Virus record (IMG/VR): IMGVR_UViG_3300025000_000096 | Span: 649-64,648 of that record | Source of the DNA: a virus | Lineage: Duplodnaviria; Caudoviricetes | Strand: one strand, 5' to 3' | Length of the DNA stretch: 64,000 bases | Shown: one piece after another, positions 18,438 through 25,231 of the stretch | How the letters are laid out: each line of letters opens with the position of its first letter | Numbering within the stretch: the stretch's first letter is position 1 | Notes under the pieces: generated by a model | The model's database searches: none | What the model was told of the DNA's origin: nothing | What the model saw: the letters and a program-made list of their open reading frames with translations, nothing else | Position numbers and translations under genes: made by a program

Positions 18438-18656
18438 ATGATTTATCAATACCGATGCCTCGCCTGCAAAATAGAATATCAAAGACGTGAGTCCATGCTG
18501 GAAAAGCACATTTACGTATGCCCCGCTTGCGGAAACGTTACTCGGCGTATGTTCTTTGCAACAGCCGCAATCGTCAATGGTACCCACTTTGTTGGGCAGC
18601 ACAAAAATGAGGGTATCACCAGTTCGAATGTTTTAGAGTATGCCTCTAGGACTTGA
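18438..18656 (+). CDS. FmdB-like zinc-ribbon protein
   Basis: MIYQYRC.AC......S.......CPACG..RR.F. Confidence 0.7.
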   Translation: MIYQYRCLACKIEYQRRESMLEKHIYVCPACGNVTRRMFFATAAIVNGTHFVGQHKNEGITSSNVLEYASRT

Positions 18657-18682
18657 CAAAATAATCTAAACCATAGTATAAT
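18653..18682 (+). promoter_or_regulatory. sigma70-type promoter for tRNA array
   Basis: TTGACA-N18-TATAAT. Confidence 0.8.
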
Positions 18683-18734
18683 AGTAGTCTAACAAATAAA
18701 TAATGATCTCCGAAAGGGGATTTTTTATTCTCTT

Positions 18735-18813
18735 AGGGGTGTGGGCTAGTTCGGTTTTGGCCACCCGCCTTGGACGCGGGAATATCACGCTGGTTCAAAT
18801 CCAGCCGCTCCTA
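18735..18813 (+). tRNA. tRNA-Pro(TGG)
   Basis: Cloverleaf; CCCGC-CT TGG AC-GCGGG; T-loop TTCAAAT. Confidence 0.85.
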
Positions 18814-18816
18814 CAT

Positions 18817-18888
18817 GTGCTGGTCGTTCAGTGAATAGGACGTAGATTTGCGAAATCTACAACAGGGGTTTGACTCCCCTCCAGCACT
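18817..18888 (+). tRNA. tRNA-Arg(GCG)
   Basis: GTGCTGG/CCAGCAC acceptor; TAGAT-TT GCG AA-ATCTA. Confidence 0.85.
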
Positions 18889-18902
18889 CACAAACTTGGT
18901 CC

Positions 18903-18932
18903 TTGACAGAAACACCCAACCAGGTGTATAAT
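18903..18932 (+). promoter_or_regulatory. sigma70-type promoter
   Basis: TTGACA-N18-TATAAT. Confidence 0.85.
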
Positions 18933-18996
18933 TATAGGGCATTGAACATTTACACACGAAAGGCATCTGGTGTAGAAGCTTCCAGAGAAATTTTTT

Positions 18997-19067
18997 GGGC
19001 GGATAATATAATGGGATTATACCTGTTTTGCAATCAGAAAATTGGGGTTCGATTCCCCATCTGTCCA
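18997..19067 (+). tRNA. tRNA-Ala(TGC), weak anticodon stem
   Basis: G3.U70 pair, A73, loop TT TGC AA, T-loop TTCGATT. Confidence 0.7.
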
Positions 19068-19140
19068 CAACGCACATTTGCCAGGGTCAGTGTCCGACCA
19101 ACCAGAGGTAAAAACCTGGGCTGGGAACGCAAATGTGTAC

Positions 19141-19950
19141 GGGAACCTCTAGTTCCCTGGATAAACGCAGCAATGCTTAATAAAGGGATGTGCAGTTACT
19201 TGCACGCCCGACTTTAAAAAGTTCAACTAGACGAACACCCGACGCTGTTTATCAGGGGTCCCACAGAGCCAATCGGTGAGTGGCTGATACACAGCCTTGT
19301 GAAAAGCAGGTGAGGCAGATAAGGCCAAAACAAGAGGGTGGGGCTGCACAGGCGCTCTAGCAGGCGTGCATGCGGAAAGGTTACAGGCGCTTACACCATA
19401 CCCCAATGGTCAGGGTCGGAGTAACCATAAGATTGGTAGGGACCGCTAATCCCGAATAGTCAACAGTTGGTTGCAGTCACTCCATCCGCACAGGCTGGAA
19501 AGCTCGGCAGGGTGCAACCGATAAAACAGTATACAAACCTGGCCCGTAAAGGCCACTTCCCATATTAGTGGAAACCGTATAAAATTGACAAGCCCTGCCG
19601 GGGGCATTTGTGACAGACTCCCCTTTGCTCAGGCACTTTACCAGAAATGGGAGACGAGGCCCATGAGCTCACCGAAAGGTCAAAACTGACGGTGATGTTG
19701 TACAGCTGCAGGATTCGTTTCGTCTAGCTAACGCAACGGGTAAGGTGGTATGGCAGCAGAAAAACAGATGCTTCCTCAGAGGTATGGCACAAACCTCGAA
19801 GAGAAACCTACAACCCGATAGCTGATAGGGTCATGGTGTGCGGAGAGACTCGTTGGGTGCTCCTGGAGACGGGGGTGCGGCTAAACCTGGACACGCAGAT
19901 GATGCGGACTGGGTAACGCAGCGAGAGTTACTAAGTGGCTACGGTAGTAA
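19141..19950 (+). ncRNA. large ornate ncRNA, GOLLD-like candidate
   Basis: ~810 nt largely free of ORFs, between tRNA genes, dense hairpins and long-range helices. Confidence 0.65.
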
Positions 19951-19961
19951 CAAATTTTTAT

Positions 19962-20032
19962 GGACGCATAGATAACAGTAAGTCGCCTTCCCCTACAAGA
20001 AAGGAGTCCTGGGGCAGTACCAGGTGTGTCCA
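19962..20032 (+). tRNA. tRNA-Val(TAC), atypical
   Basis: GGACGCA/TGTGTCC acceptor; loop CC TAC AA; T-loop GGCAGTA. Confidence 0.6.
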
Positions 20033-20116
20033 CACGCTAAGATTTAGCTTTCAGACCGTTTACCGACTTCATAGGCCGCCTTGCGTGAGCGAGTTTGGGT
20101 GCGTAGAAACGGATCT

Positions 20117-20185
20117 GCTGTCACTTCCTGGGGATAAGAGGCCCTTGTAGCGCTTCTGTGGTTGGTTCGACTCCAATTGGCAGCT
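20117..20185 (+). tRNA. tRNA-Thr(TGT), weak D arm
   Basis: GCTGTCA/TGGCAGC acceptor; loop CT TGT AG; T-loop TTCGACT. Confidence 0.6.
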
Positions 20186-20381
20186 CATGTCCCGGCCATG
20201 GTCTGATCCCATAAATAGGGGTGCGCATGGTTGGGACCGAATTTTCCGAGGGCTGGTTTTTTGTACATGTCCAGCGGCATCTTCGGAAAAGCCTACAGGC
20301 CCTTGCTCCCCCTGCGTGATGGTATTGCGCCAGGCCCGTAAGACGGCGAATGCAACCAGGGGGACGCAAGAGCACAAATTT

Positions 20382-20455
20382 GCCACCTTAGCTCAAATGG
20401 ATGGAGCACCCGCCTTCGAAGCGGTAGGCTGCTGGATCGTACCCTGCAGGTGGCA
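20382..20455 (+). tRNA. tRNA-Arg(TCG)
   Basis: GCCACCT/AGGTGGC; loop CT TCG AA; T-loop ATCGTAC. Confidence 0.8.
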
Positions 20456-20556
20456 CTCAGCTGCGCACGCTGATCAAAGGCTATCAATAATTCGAGGCCA
20501 AGACAGCTAATTAGTACGGTCCGAAAGGGCGTGTGGCAGCTTCTTTGGGAAATCAT

Positions 20557-20629
20557 TGCCTCTGGGTGCGGATAGTATGCACGTATCGCTTTGAACGATA
20601 AGACGCAGGGGCGGAGCCTGCAGAGGCAA
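20557..20629 (+). tRNA. tRNA-Gln(TTG)
   Basis: TGCCTCT/AGAGGCA; TATCG-CT TTG AA-CGATA; T-loop GGCGGAG. Confidence 0.75.
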
Positions 20630-20687
20630 CTTGGGCTAGGTGGTAGGCCATTATTTACAACACCAGCCTAGTTCGATTGTAGCAAGC

Positions 20688-21260
20688 ATGAGCACAAATA
20701 AAAAAGCCAATAAAGTAAAAGAGCTGCTACGATTAGGGGTCTCTACAAAAGAGATTTGTGAGGCAACCGGCCTTAAGAAGGGGGTTATTAGCTACCATCG
20801 TAACCGCCTCGGGGTAGAGATTGGTAAATATGGCAACCGATATGATTGGGAAGATATTCAGCGGGTGTATGACGCTGAGCAGCTTACCTATGATGAACTA
20901 CATGCCAGATTTGGGGTCACAAAAACACCAATAAGTCTTGCCATCTCCCGTGGTGACTTTACACCGAGAGTTACAGAAGCCACATTTTCAGAAAGAACCC
21001 TTTTCGAGGTGGATCAAAGTCACAGAGTGGGTGGAACAAACAGGCAAGCTATCAGGAGACACGCCCGAACAGTGCTTAACAGAGCAGGAGTTCCCAAGGT
21101 TTGCTCCTCTTGTGACTGGAAAGAGCATGTAGAGGCTTGTCATATCAGGCCAATAGTTTCTTTCCCCCCAAGCACGCCTATCTCTGAGATCAATGCGCTA
21201 GACAACTTAACGTATTTATGCCCAAATTGCCATTGGGTACACGACCACAAGTCAGAATAG
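20688..21260 (+). CDS. HNH homing endonuclease with N-terminal HTH
   Basis: C..CDW..HVEACHIRP...N.L.NL..LCPNCHW..D; lies between two tRNA-Gln genes. Confidence 0.85.
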   Translation: MSTNKKANKVKELLRLGVSTKEICEATGLKKGVISYHRNRLGVEIGKYGNRYDWEDIQRVYDAEQLTYDELHARFGVTKTPISLAISRGDFTPRVTEATFSERTLFEVDQSHRVGGTNRQAIRRHARTVLNRAGVPKVCSSCDWKEHVEACHIRPIVSFPPSTPISEINALDNLTYLCPNCHWVHDHKSE

Positions 21261-21273
21261 CCTTTTATATCAT

Positions 21274-21348
21274 TTCCCCTTAGTCTAATTGGTAGCTTGA
21301 CGGAACTTTCTGAAAGTTCAGATCTTGGTTCGAGTCCAGGAGGGGAAA
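21274..21348 (+). tRNA. tRNA-Gln(CTG)
   Basis: TTCCCCT/AGGGGAA; GAACT-TT CTG AA-AGTTC; TTCGAGT. Confidence 0.85.
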
Positions 21349-21389
21349 CACGAGACCCTTTAGTAGTCAAGAGAATTTAAGGAGCAAGC

Positions 21390-21776
21390 ATGTATCATTA
21401 CCCTGACAGGTCTTTGAGCACTCCAGCCTTTATCATCACAGTCCTTTCCGCAATCCTTTTGACTGGTTGGTACTTTTTCGCCTACTGGGGCACTCAGCAA
21501 ACAGCACAGATAACAGTCCTTAGAACAGACACAGTTATTTCCGGGGTAGGAGACACTGCTTCTGGAAAATACCTGGTGTATGCAGAGTTCCCATCCGGTG
21601 CTCGGGAAACGCTTGAAAACGAGGACTGCCTACTCACTGGTAAGTTCAACTCCTCCGATGTGCAAAATGAACTTGCAACAAACATTGGCGGAAAGTACTC
21701 TGTAGAGCTCTACGGTTGGCGAATACCGTGGCTGTCAGCATACCGAGGAATCTGTAGAATCTCTCCCATTGAATAA
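21390..21776 (+). CDS. membrane-anchored phage protein (DUF1523-like)
   Basis: N-terminal TM; ENEDCLL.GKFNSSDVQ...YGWRIPWLS.Y. Confidence 0.7.
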   Translation: MYHYPDRSLSTPAFIITVLSAILLTGWYFFAYWGTQQTAQITVLRTDTVISGVGDTASGKYLVYAEFPSGARETLENEDCLLTGKFNSSDVQNELATNIGGKYSVELYGWRIPWLSAYRGICRISPIE

Positions 21777-22016
21777 GACGATACCCTGGGGTGTACACTC
21801 CGGCAGAAAATAGGAAGCTCCCTAAAGACATGGCATCTTTCCGCTTCAAGAGGTGGATAAGACTGTCTCCTCGGACTAGCCGGGGTGTGGGGTCGGACAA
21901 GGCTTCTGCAACGGACTGTTTCGCAGGTTACATAGCCCAACGTAGAAACCTGCACGATCAGGAAGACTGTTACCCCTTTTCATAGAGGCGTTCCACCGAG
22001 CATAGAAAAGAGGCTT

Positions 22017-22089
22017 GGATTCTTAGTATAAATGGAAAATACACCGGGCCGTAACCCCGCGAATGCTGAATCATACTCAGCAGAATCCA
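22017..22089 (+). tRNA. tRNA-Tyr(GTA), short variable loop
   Basis: GGATTCT/AGAATCC; loop CC GTA AC; T-loop ATCATAC. Confidence 0.7.
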
Positions 22090-22295
22090 CCTAGGCATGC
22101 CAGATTCGGTTCTGGCCTCTGCAAAAAGTTATAGGTCAACGCATTCTGAGATACTGAATGAAAGACCTCCCAGAAACCCTGGGTACTCTTAGGACATTAT
22201 GCTACTCCTGTGGGAATAAGAGCCCAAACGAGCATACAAGGGCAGGCCGGGAAGTGTGCCCAAGCTGGATAAGCCCCTAGGCCAGCAGGCACTAT

Positions 22296-22369
22296 GCGTC
22301 TTTAGGATCAACTTGGTAGACCAACTCGTTGCCAATGAGTAGGTGCCGGATCGTACCCGGCAAGACGCA
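22296..22369 (+). tRNA. tRNA-Gly(GCC)
   Basis: GCGTCTT/AAGACGC; ACTCG-TT GCC AA-TGAGT; T-loop ATCGTAC. Confidence 0.8.
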
Positions 22370-22630
22370 CAAGCGAGCACACGCTATATGCCTAGGCCCG
22401 TTGCAAAGGCCCATGTGACTTTAGGCTACAGTCGCTTGACAACAGCTGCGTGTACCGGACAGTCATAGTTGGCGCCGGTGTAACAAATGCAACTTCCAGC
22501 AACCAGGCTCTGGACACCAAAAGCCTGATCGGCCACCAGATTAATGGGTGGAAATCCCTGGCAGGACAGACAGACGAACCGGGAACTGCACATACCGGGT
22601 GGGGTGGAGGCCAGGACAAAGTGCTTATTT

Positions 22631-22706
22631 CGGCGCATAGTTTAGGTGGTCAAAATGCCCGTCTTATGAATGGGGATGCCTGGTTCGAGTCCAGGTGCGC
22701 CGACCA
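22631..22706 (+). tRNA. tRNA-Ile(TAT)
   Basis: CGGCGCA/TGCGCCG-A-CCA; CCCGT-CT TAT GA-ATGGG; TTCGAGT. Confidence 0.8.
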
Positions 22707-22728
22707 CATGCCCCAATAAAAAAAAAAT

Positions 22729-22813
22729 GCTCTCTTGGCGGAATGGTATACGCAGCAGTTTGAGATGCTGTGAGACGTAATGTCTCGTGAGAGTTCGAAT
22801 CTCTCAGAGAGCA
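22729..22813 (+). tRNA. tRNA-Leu(GAG)
   Basis: Long variable arm; loop TT GAG AT; TTCGAAT. Confidence 0.9.
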
Positions 22814-22816
22814 CAC

Positions 22817-22888
22817 GCTGTGATAGTTTAACGAAAACGTCCGGGATCATGCACCGGAAGACCCTGGAACCGTACCCAGGTGTGGCAC
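22817..22888 (+). pseudogene. degenerate tRNA (CAT anticodon, Met-like)
   Basis: D, anticodon (TCCGG..CAT..CCGGA) and T stems present; acceptor stem poorly paired. Confidence 0.4.
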
Positions 22889-23113
22889 ATAAATCGGCTT
22901 CCAGAGGACCTGCAGAGAGTCTGGGAGTGGACAGGACTTCATCTCGGTAAATAGTATAATTCTACCGAGGGTTTTCTCCAGACACCATACATTGGGGAGG
23001 TTTAGCTAAGTCGTTTCTTCCAAAAACCTTAGTCCCAGGCAACTGGGCAGTTTTGTGTGCGAGTGGTCACTAAACCATCACCGTTATGGGTTTTGTCGAA
23101 AAAAGCCCAACTT

Positions 23114-23184
23114 TGCCCCATCGGCTAATGGCAAGTCGTCTTTCTGTTAAAGAGATTATCCAGGTCCGATTCCTGGTGGGGCAG
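23114..23184 (+). tRNA. tRNA-Asn(GTT)
   Basis: TGCCCCA/TGGGGCA-G; loop CT GTT AA. Confidence 0.85.
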
Positions 23185-23188
23185 CTGA

Positions 23189-23274
23189 GGGTTGGTCTGC
23201 TAATATCCAAAGTCGAGGAGTCTGCACTCGGAAACTTGGCAGCCGTAAAATGGAAGCTGGGGATTGACTAACCC
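23189..23274 (+). ncRNA. small structured RNA with Y-RNA-like terminal stem
   Basis: GGGTTGGTC (23189-23197) pairs with GACTAACCC (23266-23274); internal hairpins. Confidence 0.45.
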
Positions 23275-23297
23275 CAACCAAGTTAACCTGATCTTTT

Positions 23298-23371
23298 GGC
23301 CTGTTGGTCTATGGGTATGACTACACTCTGTCGAAGTGTGTGAGCGAGTCCGAGTCTCGCACAGGCCGCCA
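23298..23371 (+). tRNA. tRNA-Asp(GTC)
   Basis: GGCCTGT/ACAGGCC-G-CCA; ACACT-CT GTC GA-AGTGT. Confidence 0.88.
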
Positions 23372-23547
23372 CAGGCCCAGAAGTGGGTGTTGCAGCAGAG
23401 ATAACTCTCCTACACAAAAAACTATGCTGGAGGCAGACGCAGGCCAACGACCCTCTGAAATAAGTGGGTATGCTTTGGCGAACGGATAGAACCTCGGTTG
23501 AAATGACCGAATACGCCCCCCACCTGACGGCACCTGGAGGGGAATAC

Positions 23548-23618
23548 GCTTCCTTCTGCTAAAAGTAGGCTCTGTCCCCCTCACGGACAGGATGCGGTTG
23601 CAAGATCCGCAGGAAGCA
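23548..23618 (+). tRNA. tRNA-Glu(CTC), atypical
   Basis: GCTTCCT/AGGAAGC; loop CC CTC AC; T stem closes with T.T. Confidence 0.65.
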
Positions 23619-23620
23619 CA

Positions 23621-23760
23621 GGGCACACAAGGCTGTCCAGTTTCAGCGCATGGTCAAACGCACGCCTAGGCTACGTGTTAGTAGTAAGTTGTGTGGGTTC
23701 GACTCCCCACCACCAGTAGCTTCTGGTATCGGTTCCGGTAAGACTCCGGGATGTGTGCCC
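23621..23760 (+). ncRNA. circularly permuted tRNA-like RNA 1
   Basis: GGGCACACA/TGTGTGCCC closing stem; T-arm with TTCGACT; ACCAG/CTGGT closed hairpin; TTCCGG/CCGGGA hairpin. Confidence 0.65.
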
Positions 23761-23764
23761 AAAT

Positions 23765-23839
23765 GGTTGCTTAGCTCAGTTGGATAGAGCGCTGCCTCGA
23801 CATGGCAGAGGTTCACTGGTTCGAGCCCAGTAGCTACCA
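23765..23839 (+). tRNA. tRNA-Val(GAC)
   Basis: Canonical D arm; CTGCC-TC GAC AT-GGCAG; TTCGAGC. Confidence 0.9.
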
Positions 23840-23847
23840 CAAGAAGT

Positions 23848-23950
23848 CCGTAACCTTGCCGCCAGGGGCATTAACGGTTCGAGTCCGTTTTGGTGCTGAA
23901 CACGCCATAAGTTATGGGAACAAACCTGTTCGACCCAGGAGAGGTTACGG
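23848..23950 (+). ncRNA. circularly permuted tRNA-like RNA 2
   Basis: CCGTAACCT/AGGTTACGG closing stem; AACGG-TTCGAGT-CCGTT T-arm; TGGTG/CGCCA closed hairpin; further arm. Confidence 0.65.
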
Positions 23951-23959
23951 TTTCTACTT

Positions 23960-24030
23960 GTCCCCTTCTGCTAAAGGAAGGCACACTCGTTTTCAGCGAG
24001 AAAATAGGATTTCGAGATTCCTAGGGGACA
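23960..24030 (+). tRNA. tRNA-Glu(TTC), atypical
   Basis: GTCCCCT/AGGGGAC; loop TT TTC AG; T-loop TTCGAGA closed by T.T. Confidence 0.7.
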
Positions 24031-24089
24031 CAAGTTCCTTTATGCCTGATACGCATAAGAAAGAGACCATAATTGGCTCGTTAAAAAAG

Positions 24090-24265
24090 TAGGTGGTCTA
24101 CTGCAGATAAGCAGCGATAAGGTCCGTTGCTCCTACGTTAAGGAGCCCACTGCTGAGGCCCTGGACGGGCGAGGGGTTCGACTCCCCATAATCCCCCGGA
24201 TGGGGACTTTGTTCGATTCAATAAAGCAGTCATGTGTGCGCAGCGCATTGGAGGAAGGCCCCCTA
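24090..24265 (+). ncRNA. circularly permuted tRNA-like RNA 3
   Basis: Outer stem TAGGTGGTCT/AGGCCCCCTA; core ACTGCT/AGCAGT (24149-24230) enclosing hairpin, GGGG-TTCGACT-CCCC, TCCCC/GGGGA hairpin, TTG-TTCGATT-CAA. Confidence 0.6.
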
Positions 24266-24322
24266 GGCACATAAATTACAAGGGGGGTAGCCCACGCTCG
24301 TTGGGTTTATGCGTGGATAACT

Positions 24323-24413
24323 TGGGTGGTGACAGAGTGGTAATGTTGCCGTCTTGAAAATGGACGATGTCCCGAAGAGGGGCACGGGGGTTCAACTCCC
24401 TCCCACCCAGCCA
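24323..24413 (+). tRNA. tRNA-Ser(TGA)
   Basis: Long variable arm; loop CT TGA AA; G73-CCA. Confidence 0.88.
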
Positions 24414-24441
24414 CAAACAGTGACCGTTAGGAGATGAGAGA

Positions 24442-24651
24442 ATGGAAAACAGCAAGTACACGGCAGAGTCGGCCTTGGGCCGGATCAGCAGGTCTGGTGG
24501 AGCAGTGTCGGACAAGGCCATCTACGCCCCAAATGTTGGGTGTGGCACACAGGGAGCGATTGATTTTCTGGTGAAGGTGCACGGCTACCACAGAACGCTG
24601 GTCGCCCCTGAAAAGAAGGCGTTTGTGAAGAAGGAATTTGTTGGCTCCTAG
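24442..24651 (+). CDS. small hypothetical protein inside tRNA array
   Basis: AGGAG RBS; 69 aa; stop lies inside the 5' end of tRNA-Cys. Confidence 0.55.
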   Translation: MENSKYTAESALGRISRSGGAVSDKAIYAPNVGCGTQGAIDFLVKVHGYHRTLVAPEKKAFVKKEFVGS

Positions 24652-24714
24652 TCCGATAGGCTGAGGAGGTAGTCCGCAAAACTACTGAAGGCGGATCGTT
24701 ACCGCCAGGAGCCT
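24643..24714 (+). tRNA. tRNA-Cys(GCA)
   Basis: GGCTCCT/AGGAGCC-T73; GTAGT-CC GCA AA-ACTAC; T-loop ATCGTTA. Confidence 0.82.
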
Positions 24715-24719
24715 CATAC

Positions 24720-24791
24720 ACGAGCACGGTCCGATGGTCGGGTGGCAGCCTTCCAAGCTCGCAGGTCTCGGTTCGAGTCCGAGTGTTCGTA
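24720..24791 (+). tRNA. tRNA-Gly(TCC)
   Basis: ACGAGCA/TGTTCGT; loop CT TCC AA; TTCGAGT. Confidence 0.8.
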
Positions 24792-24979
24792 CAAAGTTGT
24801 CAGTAAGAACGTGGTTTTGCATCCACTAAAGCTTAAACTGGACAAAGACCATTCGTCCTGTAGAAAATATCCGGCGCCAGCAATAGCCTGGCCTCCTGCT
24901 AAGGGGTATATCAAAAGCTCGGTTTCAGAAGATGTGCGGCAGCAGTGGTCCCTCCGGTAGTGTGCCTGGAACCGGAAAT

Positions 24980-25051
24980 GCTCTCTTAGGTTAATCGGCA
25001 AGCCCCCTGTTTCGTAGACAGGATTCCCGAGATCGTAACTCGGAGAGAGCT
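24980..25051 (+). tRNA. tRNA-Thr(CGT)
   Basis: GCTCTCT/AGAGAGC; CCTGT-TT CGT AG-ACAGG; T-loop ATCGTAA. Confidence 0.8.
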
Positions 25052-25055
25052 CAAT

Positions 25056-25126
25056 GGCCTGATAGTTTTTAAAGCGGCAGAACAGACGAAAATCGGAAAG
25101 TGCTGGTTCGAGCCCAGCAAAGGCCA
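25056..25126 (+). pseudogene. degenerate tRNA-Phe(GAA)
   Basis: Intact T arm (GCTGG-TTCGAGC-CCAGC) and partial acceptor; anticodon arm truncated (GACGAAAATC). Confidence 0.5.
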
Positions 25127-25133
25127 GGTACTT

Positions 25134-25221
25134 GGATAGCTGAAAGAGTGGTAATTTGCCCAGTTGCTAACTGGAGGCCGCCCGGAAGGGCACGTAGGTT
25201 CGATTCCTACGCTATCCGCCA
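25134..25221 (+). tRNA. tRNA-Ser(GCT)
   Basis: GGATAGC/GCTATCC-G-CCA; loop TT GCT AA; long variable arm. Confidence 0.9.
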
Positions 25222-25231
25222 GAGGACTTTT

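Noticed and set aside
19985-20005. Amber suppressor (CTA) reading of this anticodon loop, and of the loop at 29433-29449
   Set aside because: Stem registers centre TAC (Val) and CCT (Arg) in 7-nt loops
20305-20372. SRP (4.5S) RNA
   Set aside because: CCAGGCCCGTAAG resembles domain IV but the required AGCAG strand is missing
23631-23722. Ordinary tRNA pseudogene with AGG anticodon
   Set aside because: No acceptor stem in normal order; the perfect 9-bp outer stem and closed hairpin support the permuted fold instead
18811-25231. Most short ORFs listed across the tRNA array
   Set aside because: They overlap tRNAs or structured RNAs and lack RBS or protein-like motifs; only the ORFs at 20688, 21390 and 24442 were kept
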